From Cyanobacteria bacterium P01_A01_bin.123 (GTDB lineage: Bacteria; Cyanobacteriota; Cyanobacteriia; Phormidesmidales; Phormidesmidaceae): a DNA stretch of 64,000 nt. Of the stretch, positions 9,870-21,208 are shown in pieces. The position numbers and the translations under genes are program-made. The stretch is taken from assembly GCA_039815185.1 (NCBI GenBank), contig JBCBZT010000001.1, forward strand, positions 32,001 through 96,000, read 5' to 3'. Position 1 is the stretch's first letter, and each line of letters opens with the position of its first letter. The notes below the pieces were generated by a model. The model worked only from the letters and a program-made list of their open reading frames with translations. It did not search any database and was not told the DNA's origin.

Positions 9870-11000
9870 TTGACAAACGAAAGGGCATATTGGCTGGCCT
9901 GGTCAACCCTACATGGGGTAGGGCCAGTGTTGATCAAGCGCATTTATGAACATTTTGGCAGCCTCGCGATCGCCTGGGAGGCTGACTTACAGGCATTACT
10001 TGAAGTAGACGGCATTGGGTTTAAACTTGCAGACGCGATCGCATCGAACCGATCCACCATCAAGCCCACCGACTTACTCGAACAACACTGCGCCAAATAT
10101 CCCGACTTTTGGACCCCCGCCGACGTTGAATATCCCAGCTTGCTGTTTGAGATTGCTGATCCGCCCCCTGTCCTTTATTACCGAGGGCACCTGCACCTTG
10201 ATTTCAGTCGGGGTCACTGGCCCACCGTGGGTATTGTTGGCACCCGCAGCCCCTCAGAATATGGCAAACGCTGGACCCGAAATTTGAGTGTGGCACTCAC
10301 CCGTCAAGGGTTTACCATCGCCTCTGGATTAGCCAACGGCATTGATGCAGTGGCCCATCGCAGTTGCCTCAATGAAGACGGCTACACCGTCGCTGTTTTG
10401 GGGACTGGTGTCGATATCGTTTATCCACCTCATCATCAAACCCTCTACGACACTATTGCCAACCGGGGATTGCTGTTGAGTGAATATGCTAACGGCACCC
10501 CGCCAGATCGCACCCACTTTCCCCGCCGAAACCGGATTATTGCAGGGCTCAGTCGAGCCGTACTAGTGACCGAAGCCCCTCAAAAATCAGGCGCACTGAT
10601 CACGGCCCGACTAGCCAACGACTACGGACGGGACGTTTATGTACTGCCCAGTTCCCTAGACAACACGCGAGGACGGGGGTGTTTAGAACTGCTTAACCAG
10701 GGGGGGCATATGATTTTGGGAGAAGCTGCTTTGCTAGAGGCCTTGGGTAGCCTGCCCCAGATTCCCCAAGCACTCAACAGCGCGACTCAGCCCCATAGCA
10801 TCGCACCTCAACCCCAACTGCCTGAAGCCTTGAGTCAGGTCTATGCCCAAATTCCCGCCGATCCTGTTGCTCTCGACACAATCGTGCTTAGCGTCGGGTT
10901 AACCACAGGAGGTGTCCTGAGTGCCTTAGTTCAGCTCGAACTCATGGGCTTAGTCACCCAGCTTCCGGGGATGCAGTATCAACGCACCCACCCGTCTTAA
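9870..11000 (+). CDS. dprA: DNA-processing protein DprA
   Basis: DPPPVLYYRG, VGIVGTR, SGLANGID, FPRRNRIIAGLS, EAPQKSGALITA; C-terminal winged helix. Confidence 0.95.
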   Translation: MTNERAYWLAWSTLHGVGPVLIKRIYEHFGSLAIAWEADLQALLEVDGIGFKLADAIASNRSTIKPTDLLEQHCAKYPDFWTPADVEYPSLLFEIADPPPVLYYRGHLHLDFSRGHWPTVGIVGTRSPSEYGKRWTRNLSVALTRQGFTIASGLANGIDAVAHRSCLNEDGYTVAVLGTGVDIVYPPHHQTLYDTIANRGLLLSEYANGTPPDRTHFPRRNRIIAGLSRAVLVTEAPQKSGALITARLANDYGRDVYVLPSSLDNTRGRGCLELLNQGGHMILGEAALLEALGSLPQIPQALNSATQPHSIAPQPQLPEALSQVYAQIPADPVALDTIVLSVGLTTGGVLSALVQLELMGLVTQLPGMQYQRTHPS

Positions 11001-11096
11001 ACCATATCCAGGTGGAAATCTTGAGCGTTTATCTTGTATCTAAAGAAAACCGATAGGTCTGAATATGGCCCAGGGTTAAACCAAGTTCAATGACTA

Positions 11097-11666
11097 TTAA
11101 TAGTGAGTTTCATCTTCATCAATCACAGCGGGTTGTCCGACTCGGTCGATGAAAAATTCAATGCATAACTGCCCGAGTTCAATTAAGTCGCCATTCCGCA
11201 GCGATCGCCGCTGCAACGGTGCCAGCAAGCAGCGATTAACGCGGGTTCCCGTTTGACTCCCCACATCGGCAATGTAGAACCCGATATCGGTCAAGTAGCC
11301 AAGAACGGCATGACACCGATCGACCTCACGATGATCAATGGCAATCGGACAGTGGGGACTGCTGCCCATCAACCAATTGGCCGCACTTGGCAAAACCATA
11401 ATCTCTTGACTTTGATTGAGATTCGTCGATAAGAAGACGCGTTGTTCAATGACAACACCATGGACATAGAGCGTCGTCAATTGACACCGTTGTTGTGCCG
11501 ATAAAACCGGATCGATGACCTGATTAATTTGATCAAGGTCGTAATCACAACTCTCAAAAATCTGGTCTAACAGCATTGAGTCTTGTTGAACCAAAGGTTG
11601 AATGTTTCGTAATCCATAGAATGCACTGTCAATACTGACCTGATGGCAGGGAGAGGTGTATGTCAT
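11097..11666 (-). CDS. FHA domain-containing protein
   Basis: WLMGSS...VDRCHAVL...FYIADVGSQTGTRVN...LRNGDLIELG; likely start MTYTSP. Confidence 0.8.
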   Translation of the reverse strand: MTYTSPCHQVSIDSAFYGLRNIQPLVQQDSMLLDQIFESCDYDLDQINQVIDPVLSAQQRCQLTTLYVHGVVIEQRVFLSTNLNQSQEIMVLPSAANWLMGSSPHCPIAIDHREVDRCHAVLGYLTDIGFYIADVGSQTGTRVNRCLLAPLQRRSLRNGDLIELGQLCIEFFIDRVGQPAVIDEDETHY

Positions 11667-12236
11667 AACTTTTCTACACAGGAAAAGGCAAGCGTCAAAA
11701 ACCGCTGCGATCGCGCGATCGCAAAAACATCCTTTGAGATGCAAACGGTTAAATTCCTAAGGAATACTCACCACAGATAGAGACTGCAAAAAGTTCTGTT
11801 GCAGTTGAAAACGCGATTGCGTCTCTAGAACTGTGATCAAATCGAAAATTCCTTACTTCGGCAATGCACCCTAAAAGCTGAGGAAGTCGCGGATATCCCA
11901 ATCAGATAAACCCTAGGATAACCGACCGTTCCAAAATGACACCCAGAAAACATTTGATATGCCACGCTAAAGCAAGGGACGTGCCCAAGCCGCCCGACAC
12001 AAAACGTTTACCTCAAAAAAATCGAAAATTAAACGGATATCGATTTCAGATAAATCTGTTGGCTGGCCAGGCAAAATAAACAAGTGTTAATAGTTAAAGA
12101 TATTAAAGCCAGGTCTGTGGATCTACGCAATCTACTCGTTCGACAACTTTATAAAGCCTTTATAATAACCCCGTGAATTGTAAAGGGTATTAACTTTCAT
12201 TGAAGTTAGCTGAATCTATCCCATCGCGATCGCCGT

Positions 12237-13715
12237 TTGTCGCATTTCCTCAATCGTCGTCTATCTCAAGCAAAAGTCGTGGCTCAAGCACTGACCCAGG
12301 CCCAACCCCCTTTAGATTTTATTGCCCCTGATTTTTCCCCTTGGGTTCTCCAGGGAATGCGTCGGATTTTGCCACTCTGGATGCGCTGGAAAACACCCCT
12401 GTCAAATATTCAGGTCGACAACTTAGAACGATTAGCTCGGCTTTATCAACAGTTTCACCAGGGCAACACGCGATTTCTAATTGCCTTTCGACACCCGGCC
12501 CCAGAAGATGCCTTTTGTATGGCCCATCTACTGTGGCACCTGCTGCCCCAAACGGCACATACTCAAAGCCTGGATCTACCCACCGTGCCCCATGCCCACT
12601 TTATCTACGATCGCGGCATCCCGCTTTGGGCGGGGCAACGGGTGGGCTGGCTTTACACCAAATTAGGGGGAACCCCGATTCAACGGGGCAAAATCGACAT
12701 TGCCGGGCTACGCTCAGCACGACACTTGTTTGCCAACGGTCAATTTCCCATGGCAGCGGCCCCTGAGGGGGCTAACAACGGCCATAACGAAATTGTGAGT
12801 CCCTTGGAACCCGGCATTGCCCAGATGAGCTTTTGGTGTGCAGAAGATTTGCAAAAGGCTCAACGCACCGAGTCGGTGCAAATCATCCCGCTAGGCATTC
12901 AGTATCGTTATGCCACTCCCCCTTGGGAAGCCTTAGAGCACCTGTTGAATCAACTTGAACAAGACAGTGGCTTATCTGGCGACGTTGCCCCAGCAGTCGT
13001 TGCTGCGCTGGCCAAACAGCTGCCTGATATGGATATCGCATCCGATCGGGCAGCGCACCTCTATGGTCGCCTCTATCAATTAGGCGAACATTTGCTGAAT
13101 TTGATGGAAACCTACTACCGAGATTTTTATCAAGTTGATTTGCCTAAACCTGATCACACAACACCCCCAGGTGAACCAGAGCTGTTTCCTAATGATCAAT
13201 TGGCCCAACGTCTGACACAGTTGCTCAATGCAGCCCTCACCGTCGCAGAAGCCTATTTCGGGCTTTCCCCCAAGGGGACGGTGATCGATCGCTGCCGTCG
13301 TCTAGAACAGGCGGGGTGGGATCGAATTTATCGCGAAGATTTAAAAGTTCAATCTAGCCTTTCCCCAGTGGAACGGGGATTGGCCGACCGCATTGCCGAA
13401 GAAGCCAGCTTGCGCATGTGGCACATGCGCATTGTAGAGAGCTTTGTTGCGGTCACCGGGCACTACGTGATGGAAAAACCCACTGTCGAACGCTTTGCCG
13501 AAACCACCCTGCTCTTAAAAGACATGCTGACCCGCATTCAAGGGAAAGATCCGTTCCCTCGACCCCAACTTGGTGCTCAAATCGTCCAGATGCGTGTCGG
13601 TGAACCGCTATCCGTTAGCGATCGCTGGGCAGATTATAAACAAAGCCGTCGTCAGGCCGTCGCTCACTTAACCCAAGCACTACAGCAGGCCCTCGAAGGA
13701 CTCATCTTGACCTGA
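12237..13715 (+). CDS. 1-acyl-sn-glycerol-3-phosphate acyltransferase family protein
   Basis: AQPPLDFIAP, IAFRHP..D, FIYDRGIPLWAG, AAPEGANNGH; alternative GTG start at 12279. Confidence 0.8.
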   Translation: MSHFLNRRLSQAKVVAQALTQAQPPLDFIAPDFSPWVLQGMRRILPLWMRWKTPLSNIQVDNLERLARLYQQFHQGNTRFLIAFRHPAPEDAFCMAHLLWHLLPQTAHTQSLDLPTVPHAHFIYDRGIPLWAGQRVGWLYTKLGGTPIQRGKIDIAGLRSARHLFANGQFPMAAAPEGANNGHNEIVSPLEPGIAQMSFWCAEDLQKAQRTESVQIIPLGIQYRYATPPWEALEHLLNQLEQDSGLSGDVAPAVVAALAKQLPDMDIASDRAAHLYGRLYQLGEHLLNLMETYYRDFYQVDLPKPDHTTPPGEPELFPNDQLAQRLTQLLNAALTVAEAYFGLSPKGTVIDRCRRLEQAGWDRIYREDLKVQSSLSPVERGLADRIAEEASLRMWHMRIVESFVAVTGHYVMEKPTVERFAETTLLLKDMLTRIQGKDPFPRPQLGAQIVQMRVGEPLSVSDRWADYKQSRRQAVAHLTQALQQALEGLILT

Positions 13716-13748
13716 TTGACCATTCCGATTGAGCCCGCAGTCGGGGCA

Positions 13749-14726
<978 letters not shown>

Positions 14727-14892
14727 CTAACTCCTAGCAACCCTTCAAGACTTCGGAGTATTAGTATATTTTGAATGGTTTGCACAATCAGAAGAATCGT
14801 CACATTGAGCAATGTTTTTGTTGCAGAGATTAATGATCTTCATTGAGTCGCCACGGGCATCATTACCCGTGGCGCATTCAACTGCGGCAAGA

Positions 14893-16872
14893 TTATTCCG
14901 TCGCGTCAGTAGGGGTACTGTCAACAGCAGGGCTATGATCAGATTCGTTGCTGTCTGATTCGGTCGTCTCTGGGGTGATCGCTGGGGTCGATACTTGAGG
15001 CGTAGAGGCTCCAGGTGTAGAAGCTGCTGCGGGCGTTGAGGATGATTCTGAACTGGGAGCAGTGGTGTCTACTCGCCGCCAATCGGCAATGTCCCAAGTG
15101 CTGGTGTCCCAAGGGGTTGGGGTTAACCCTGTGAGGGTACTGCTGATACCATTAGTCACGGCCCGGTTGACGAGTGGAATGACCGCCACATCTTGAGCTA
15201 GCAATTCATCCATTTGTTGGAACAGGGCAGTTCGTTTATCCGCATCGAGTTCGGATTGGGCAGCTTGCCACAGCGCATCGTAGTCTTCGTTGCAATAGCG
15301 AGCGTTGTTGGGTTCTTGCCACTGATTGACTTGGGACGCGATCGCATCACAGGTCCACCAACGCATGTAAGTGCTGGGGTCAGGGGTATCGTTGCCCGCG
15401 TTGTATTCTTGCATATCGGCATAGAAGTGATTGATGCTTTCGGTTTGAGCCGGATCGGCTGAGAAGAAATCATCCACCCGCACCCGCTTAATCTCAACCC
15501 GAATGCCCAGGGCAGCTAGGTTAGCCTGGACGATTTCCTGAGTTTTTTGCCGGACGGGATTAATCGACGTTTGGAACACCATTTCCATTTCGATACCGTC
15601 TTTGTCTCGGATGCCGTTATCATCAGTGTCTGTCCATCCGGCCTCTTCCAGCAGGGCTGCGGCGCGATCGAGATTGTACTCGTAGCCAATAGTGTCTGAG
15701 GCATATGCCTCTGGGGCGATCAGCAGTTGGGCGGTAGGGCGCGCCGTATCCCCATAGAGGTCTTGGGCAATCCCTTCGCGATCAATAGCATAGTTGATGG
15801 CGACCCTAACAGCGCGATCGCTAAGGAACGGATGGGGATTTTCTAAACTGGATTTTTCCCCTGACTCCGTGGGTTGATGGGGATCGGTGGGATTCAGCAT
15901 AATCCGCTCTACATAGGAGCCAAAGGTGATCAGCAGCCGTCCATTAGAGTCAGCTTCTAGGGCCTCAAGGGCAGCAGCTTCAATCTGCAAATTGTGGGCA
16001 AAGTCAGCTTCGTCAGTCTTTAGCACTGCCCGCGCCGCCGCATAGGGCGCAATCCCCCCCCGCAACACCACTTGCCGAAAGGCCAGTGGCCCACCGCGAA
16101 AGTTTGGGTTCGGTTCATAGCTTACCTGGCCCGGTTCATAGCTTGTGACTTGATAGGGGCCCGTACCCACTGGAGCAAGATTAGCCGCCGCCTCTCGGGC
16201 ATTAGCACCATTAAAATCTGCAAAGATATGCTGGGGCAAAATCACGCCGTTTTGGCCAGTAAACGGCAGCTGCCAAGCAGGATTAGGCTGGGTAAACGTA
16301 ATTTTGACCGTGTAGTCATCGATGGCTTCAACCGTTTCAATCGCTTCGTAGTTTTGGGCCGTTGTTGCCCCCACTTCTGGATTAGCAATGAATTCATGGG
16401 TAAACACTACGTCTGCCGCAGTGAAGGGTTCGCCGTCGGCCCAAGTGACATCCTGGCGGAGTTTCCAGGTCACGCTCATGCCATCTTCTGCGACCCCACC
16501 GTTGTCAACACTAGGAATTTCAGCCACAAGTAGCGGTACCAAAGCTCCTGATTTGTCATAGCTTGCTAGGGGTTCGTAGACAATACGTGCCGCTTCAAAG
16601 TCTTGAATACCAGTCGCCAAATGGGGGTTTAACGTGATCGGAATGCGGCTGTAGAGCAACTGCAATATCTCTGGATCAGACTGAATCGCTTCAGCCTCTG
16701 TGTTAGCAGTAGAAGCCTCGGTAACTGGGGTTGGACTGCTACAGCTCCCCAACAACGTTAACCCCAATAGCGATAGCCCTAAGAGCGCCGGTGCTATCCG
16801 ACTGGGCTGCCGGTGGAGTCGAGACTTCAATTGATATCGAGAATTCAACGGTAGGAACCCCATATATTTCAT
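14893..16872 (-). CDS. Peptide ABC transporter substrate-binding lipoprotein (family 5)
   Basis: Lipobox LLGSC; LNPHL, TWADGEPFTAADVVFT, GTGPY, VRVAINYAIDR; S/T/P-rich tail; no permease genes adjacent. Confidence 0.9.
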   Translation of the reverse strand: MKYMGFLPLNSRYQLKSRLHRQPSRIAPALLGLSLLGLTLLGSCSSPTPVTEASTANTEAEAIQSDPEILQLLYSRIPITLNPHLATGIQDFEAARIVYEPLASYDKSGALVPLLVAEIPSVDNGGVAEDGMSVTWKLRQDVTWADGEPFTAADVVFTHEFIANPEVGATTAQNYEAIETVEAIDDYTVKITFTQPNPAWQLPFTGQNGVILPQHIFADFNGANAREAAANLAPVGTGPYQVTSYEPGQVSYEPNPNFRGGPLAFRQVVLRGGIAPYAAARAVLKTDEADFAHNLQIEAAALEALEADSNGRLLITFGSYVERIMLNPTDPHQPTESGEKSSLENPHPFLSDRAVRVAINYAIDREGIAQDLYGDTARPTAQLLIAPEAYASDTIGYEYNLDRAAALLEEAGWTDTDDNGIRDKDGIEMEMVFQTSINPVRQKTQEIVQANLAALGIRVEIKRVRVDDFFSADPAQTESINHFYADMQEYNAGNDTPDPSTYMRWWTCDAIASQVNQWQEPNNARYCNEDYDALWQAAQSELDADKRTALFQQMDELLAQDVAVIPLVNRAVTNGISSTLTGLTPTPWDTSTWDIADWRRVDTTAPSSESSSTPAAASTPGASTPQVSTPAITPETTESDSNESDHSPAVDSTPTDATE

Positions 16873-17049
16873 TGCGCTAGCCGCAGCTTAAATTTTGCCC
16901 ACATCCCAATGTCTGACTTTCCTGAGCTAAAAGCTCAATCATTTCCCTTGCAGGCGCGCAAGACCTTGCGTCCCTACCCAAGTTTTCAGTCGGATGGGTT
17001 TTATGTCGTCAGTATGGCAGTCGTGTTCCCGATCGCCTCAGTCCATCCT

Positions 17050-17167
17050 GCCAATTTTTTTCATAACCTGCTGAGAATTTTCCGGACTGAACACTTAATG
17101 ACCGCAATAAAGGAGTGGTAGATGCACCCTGAGACATTCCTCGACCCCCGGGTCGGGGATTTTTTTG
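17050..17167 (+). ncRNA. Candidate small RNA (5' end unknown) ending in an orphan plus-strand terminator
   Basis: TCCTCGACCC-CC-GGGTCGGGGA followed by a T-run (17138-17166) on the + strand, with no + strand gene upstream. Confidence 0.35.
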
Positions 17168-17223
17168 TGTAGATCCTCAATGCTGACAAGGTTGATATTC
17201 CCCTCCAGCCAACCCCGGGATTT

Positions 17224-17260
17224 AAAAATAAAAGTCCCTCTGCTTCCGCAGGGGGACTGG
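17224..17260 (-). terminator. Rho-independent terminator of gltA
   Basis: Minus strand reads AGTCCCCCTGC-GGAA-GCAGAGGGACT then TTTATTTTT. Confidence 0.75.
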
Positions 17261-17357
17261 AGTTCCTGAAAATCGTCACTGAGCCTATGATGACTGGGTT
17301 TCAAGGCATTGACAAGAGGGGTCAGGCCCATCACCTACCTGCCTGGGGAGCCGTCAG

Positions 17358-18566
17358 CTAGCGGTTTTGCACCAGTTCGCTTTGAACGGCTTCTATCGTT
17401 GGCGGTGACATTTGCTTATCCCAGATATGGATACGCTCGGCAACGGGGGCGTAGGGGGCATTATGGGGCCCTGTATAGATTTGGGTGGGTCGAAAGATCC
17501 GGTTTTCACTCAGTTGCTCCTTCCAATGGGCTAACCATCCGGCGACCCGCGCGATTGCAAACACCGGGGTAAATAAATCGGTAGGGATGCCCAACTTGCG
17601 ATAGACCAACCCAGAATAGAAATCGACGTTAGCGTAAATGCCCCGATGACCTAGCTTTTCAGACACAACCTGCTCAAGTTCTAGGGCAATATCGTAGTAC
17701 TCGTCTTGGCCAAACTTTTCGAAGAGCTGCTCGGCTAACTTTTGCAAGATTGTGGCTCGGGGGTCTTTGACTTTGTAAACCCGGTGGCCAAAGCCCATAA
17801 TTTTGGCTTTACGGGCGATGCAGTCTTCCACATAGGGGCGCACGTTGGCGATGGAGCCGATCTGACTCAGCATTTCGATCACCTCTTCGTTGGCGCCGCC
17901 ATGGAGCGGGCCAGCCAATGTGCCTACGGCTGAAGCCACCACCGCATAGGGGTCGGTCAGGGTGGACGCGGTCACCATGGCCGAAAAAGTAGAGGCATTA
18001 ATGGTGTGCTCAGCGTGGAGGATCAAACACACATCGAAAATACGAGCGGCTAAAGGGTCGGGTTCCCGTTCAGTCAGCATGTAGAGGAAGTTAGCAGAAT
18101 AGTCGAGGTCGTCGCGGGGCTGAATCGGGTCGTTACCCTTGCGCATCAGTTGAAATGCCGCCACCATCGTGGGGATTTTGGCCAGCAAACGCACGACTGC
18201 CGCTTGAATATAGGCTGGATTATTGAGGGCACGACGGGAATAGAATAGCCCTAAAGCAGCCGCACAAGCCTGGAGCGAGTCCATTGGGTGACCATTTTCT
18301 GGGAAACATTTCATCATGTCCCGGATGCGGTATTTGAGCCGCCGATGATAGCGAATTTCGTGCTCAAAGGCTGCAAGTTCTTGCTGGGTAGGCAATCCAC
18401 CCCAAATCAAGAGATAAGCAGTTTCCAAAAAAGTGCTTTTTTGGGCCAGCTCCTCGACTCGAATACCGCGATATTCTAGAACACCTGCCTGCCCATCGAC
18501 ATAGCTGATGCTCGATTCAGTCGCAGGAATGTTTTCTAATCCAGGCCTATACTCGCATACCGTCAT
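17358..18566 (-). CDS. gltA: Citrate synthase
   Basis: LHAEHTINASTF, GPLHGGANE, IMGFGHRVYKVKDPR, ANVDFYSG. Confidence 0.97.
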   Translation of the reverse strand: MTVCEYRPGLENIPATESSISYVDGQAGVLEYRGIRVEELAQKSTFLETAYLLIWGGLPTQQELAAFEHEIRYHRRLKYRIRDMMKCFPENGHPMDSLQACAAALGLFYSRRALNNPAYIQAAVVRLLAKIPTMVAAFQLMRKGNDPIQPRDDLDYSANFLYMLTEREPDPLAARIFDVCLILHAEHTINASTFSAMVTASTLTDPYAVVASAVGTLAGPLHGGANEEVIEMLSQIGSIANVRPYVEDCIARKAKIMGFGHRVYKVKDPRATILQKLAEQLFEKFGQDEYYDIALELEQVVSEKLGHRGIYANVDFYSGLVYRKLGIPTDLFTPVFAIARVAGWLAHWKEQLSENRIFRPTQIYTGPHNAPYAPVAERIHIWDKQMSPPTIEAVQSELVQNR

Positions 18567-18788
18567 GATGTTACCGTTGCCTTGCGATATTCATATTCAA
18601 CGCGATCGCAGCCGTCGTCAGTCTGATTGACTACAGAACGGTGACTGCGAGACTTTCCCAGAGTATCAAAAAGCCAGTCCCAGGGAGACTCAGCAGACTC
18701 AGAAGTGCGATACCTGGAACCCTATTTCTAGCGTAGCGATGATTAATCCCGTTGTAGGTTAGTGCTATGGAAAAATTATTCTGAAGGC

Positions 18789-19310
18789 TTACTGGTGCGG
18801 CGATAACAGAAACCTCGGCGGACTGAGCCAAACCAGTTGACTTTGGCCTCGAGCCTGTCGCGCCTCAGGCACCTGCAAACCAATCACACCCGCTTTTTTC
18901 AACACCCAGCGATCGCTAATCTGCCCTTCTACCAGTATTTGAGCCCACCGACTCAAGTCCGGTTCATGACCAATCAGGGCGAGGCGACTCTGGCCAGTTT
19001 GCTGCCAACTAGCCAACCAAGTTAACCAGGCTGCAAAGTTGCCGTTTGGAGCGAGATGATCGCAAACGTCAACCGCTGCACTGAGTCCGACAGCACTCAA
19101 AATATCAGCAGTTTGTCTTGCCCTGACCAAGGGACTGGTCAGCAGTGTTTCAAAATTGAGTCCGAGGGCTTTTAATCGCTCGGCAATCTGATGGGTTTTG
19201 ACGTCACCTTTTGCGGTCAGGGGGCGATCGCAGTCGTTGTCATAGGTGCCTCGTTCTGCCGCAATGCCGTGACGAATTAAATACAGCTCAGTCGGTATTG
19301 ATAACGCCAT
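18789..19310 (-). CDS. sixA: Phosphohistidine phosphatase SixA
   Basis: LYLIRHGIA, RPLT, TSPLVRARQTA, IGHEPDL, LKKAG. Confidence 0.92.
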   Translation of the reverse strand: MALSIPTELYLIRHGIAAERGTYDNDCDRPLTAKGDVKTHQIAERLKALGLNFETLLTSPLVRARQTADILSAVGLSAAVDVCDHLAPNGNFAAWLTWLASWQQTGQSRLALIGHEPDLSRWAQILVEGQISDRWVLKKAGVIGLQVPEARQARGQSQLVWLSPPRFLLSPHQ

Positions 19311-20472
19311 CTTCAGGATTGATCAGTCGCAGCAGTTTTTGTTTGACTTGAGTATCGAACACCTCCCATTTGAGGCGATTATATTCTCCATGCTCATAAA
19401 AGCCGGAAAGAAAGCCGATGGGAATTTCAAACCCCCCGGCCCCAGAACGACCGCCGCCAAAGAACCGCCCTTGGCTGTCTTGACCAAACGCTTCTTTGAT
19501 AAATTCGTCAGGGTCGAGGGTAAGTTTGCTGGTGCGTAGGGAGCCCACGACCACCTCCCGTTCTTCATCTTCGTCATGGAGAATGCCATAAACCACGGCG
19601 GTGTGGACGTTTTCCTCAGTGACCAAAAAGTCAGCTGCTTGGGGAATGGCATCGCGATCTTCATACCGTAGATAGCCCACGCCAGCCGTGGAGACGCTGT
19701 TTTGAATTTTGCGATTGCGCAGCGATCGCTCAATCACATCCATCACCTGTTTTGAACGGGAGGCTAGCAAGACAGCACTGAGCAACTGGGCATCGTAATA
19801 GCGACTCAAAAAGGCGGCCGCCATAAAATCATTCTCCGCAGCGTACATCAAACGATTCGTATCCGAGCGTAGCCCATGCATAAGCGCCGTGGCGCATTTG
19901 ACATGGCGGCTGTTACTGCGATCGAGATCTAACAATCCGGCCTGTAGATATTGGGCCAAAATCGTCGCCGTAGCTCGAATATGGGGACGGATGTCAGTCA
20001 CTTCAGCCTCTAATTTGCCCTGGGAGGCATGGTGATCAATCACCAGAGCCAAAGGGAGTTCTGCTGCTTGAGCCAGCGATGCAATTTGGCTGGTAGTACC
20101 CTGGCTGTCAATCAGGACATACGCTTGATATTGAGAGAAAGCTAGCGTTTCGCCGCCTTGGGGATTCCAGCGACGGGCGGGGAGTTCGGTCAATTTGACT
20201 AGGGCAATGTTTTCTTGGTGGCTGAGGGTGCCGGCATAGAGGATATCGCAGGTGATGTCGTAGCCTTTGGCAATCAACGTATAGGCCCAAGCAGAAGAGA
20301 GGGCATCGGGGTCAGGGAAATCTTGAATTAAAACCAGTTGGCGATCGCCCCTATGGGCTACTAACATCTGCCGCAGTGCCCCAATTAATTGCTCGTCAGT
20401 GTCTCCCCCTTTGAAGGGCGGGGATGATGATGACTGTTCTAGCGTATTTAACGGCGCTTGTTGAGTTGCCAT
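19288..20472 (-). CDS. DHH family phosphoesterase (NrnA-like)
   Basis: QDFPDPDALSS, VIDHH, GLRSDT, GGGRSGAGG. Confidence 0.9.
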   Translation of the reverse strand: MATQQAPLNTLEQSSSSPPFKGGDTDEQLIGALRQMLVAHRGDRQLVLIQDFPDPDALSSAWAYTLIAKGYDITCDILYAGTLSHQENIALVKLTELPARRWNPQGGETLAFSQYQAYVLIDSQGTTSQIASLAQAAELPLALVIDHHASQGKLEAEVTDIRPHIRATATILAQYLQAGLLDLDRSNSRHVKCATALMHGLRSDTNRLMYAAENDFMAAAFLSRYYDAQLLSAVLLASRSKQVMDVIERSLRNRKIQNSVSTAGVGYLRYEDRDAIPQAADFLVTEENVHTAVVYGILHDEDEEREVVVGSLRTSKLTLDPDEFIKEAFGQDSQGRFFGGGRSGAGGFEIPIGFLSGFYEHGEYNRLKWEVFDTQVKQKLLRLINPEDGVINTD

Positions 20473-20571
20473 GGGTTTGTCCCGGTAAGGCTTGCGAACT
20501 TAAAATCGGGGATTGCCCCTCCACAAAATGCGGGCAATAGCTCGCCTTGATTGAGCCTATCTCTTTCCCAA

Positions 20572-21072
20572 TTAAGTCCCAATAACATACTTACGCCACT
20601 CTTGGTGAATGCCGCTGCGAATTTGGCGAGACACTTCAAAATATAGACTGCTGTAAGGTTTTCGGGGTGGATTTCGCAGTGGCATGCTTGCTTCTTTGGG
20701 GGTACGGTTACCCTTCCTGACGTTACAGCGAACACAAGCCGTGACAATATTTTCCCAAGTGTCACCGCCGCCTCGCGATCGCGGCAAGACGTGATCTAGG
20801 GTTAACCCATCGCTAGAGGTATACCCACAATATTGGCAAGAGTGAGAATCACGATGGAGCAAATTACGGCGGGTCAAGGGGATTTCCTTATAGGGTACCC
20901 GCACGTAATGCCTTAACCGAATGACGGTCGGTAAAGGAAAGTTTGCATAGATAACCTTGCCATTATGTTCAACCTGCTCAGCTTTGCCCTTAATAATCAG
21001 AACTACCGCCCGTCGCCAACTGGTAATGTTGAGCGGTTCGTAGGACGCATTGAGCACTAGAACCTTGCTCAT
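20572..21072 (-). CDS. HNH endonuclease (McrA-like, conserved cyanobacterial type)
   Basis: MSKVLVLNASYEPL, RD..CQYCG, LTLDHVLPRSRGG...WENIVTAC..CN. Confidence 0.92.
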   Translation of the reverse strand: MSKVLVLNASYEPLNITSWRRAVVLIIKGKAEQVEHNGKVIYANFPLPTVIRLRHYVRVPYKEIPLTRRNLLHRDSHSCQYCGYTSSDGLTLDHVLPRSRGGGDTWENIVTACVRCNVRKGNRTPKEASMPLRNPPRKPYSSLYFEVSRQIRSGIHQEWRKYVIGT

Positions 21073-21208
21073 CAGGGTGAATACAAAGAATAATGCCCTG
21101 ATAGTAGCACAGTTGCCCAGTTGCAGGTCTTTTGCCCTGTTACACTGCACTTAATTTTGACGGTTACTATATTTGAGCTGATGTGGTGTTAGCCGTGGAT
21201 AAAAAACT

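Noticed and set aside
20572..21072. HNH nuclease as a defence or RNA-guided effector
   Set aside because: Short stand-alone McrA-like HNH in a housekeeping context (alr, DHH, sixA, gltA); no RuvC motifs, methylase or adjacent ncRNA.
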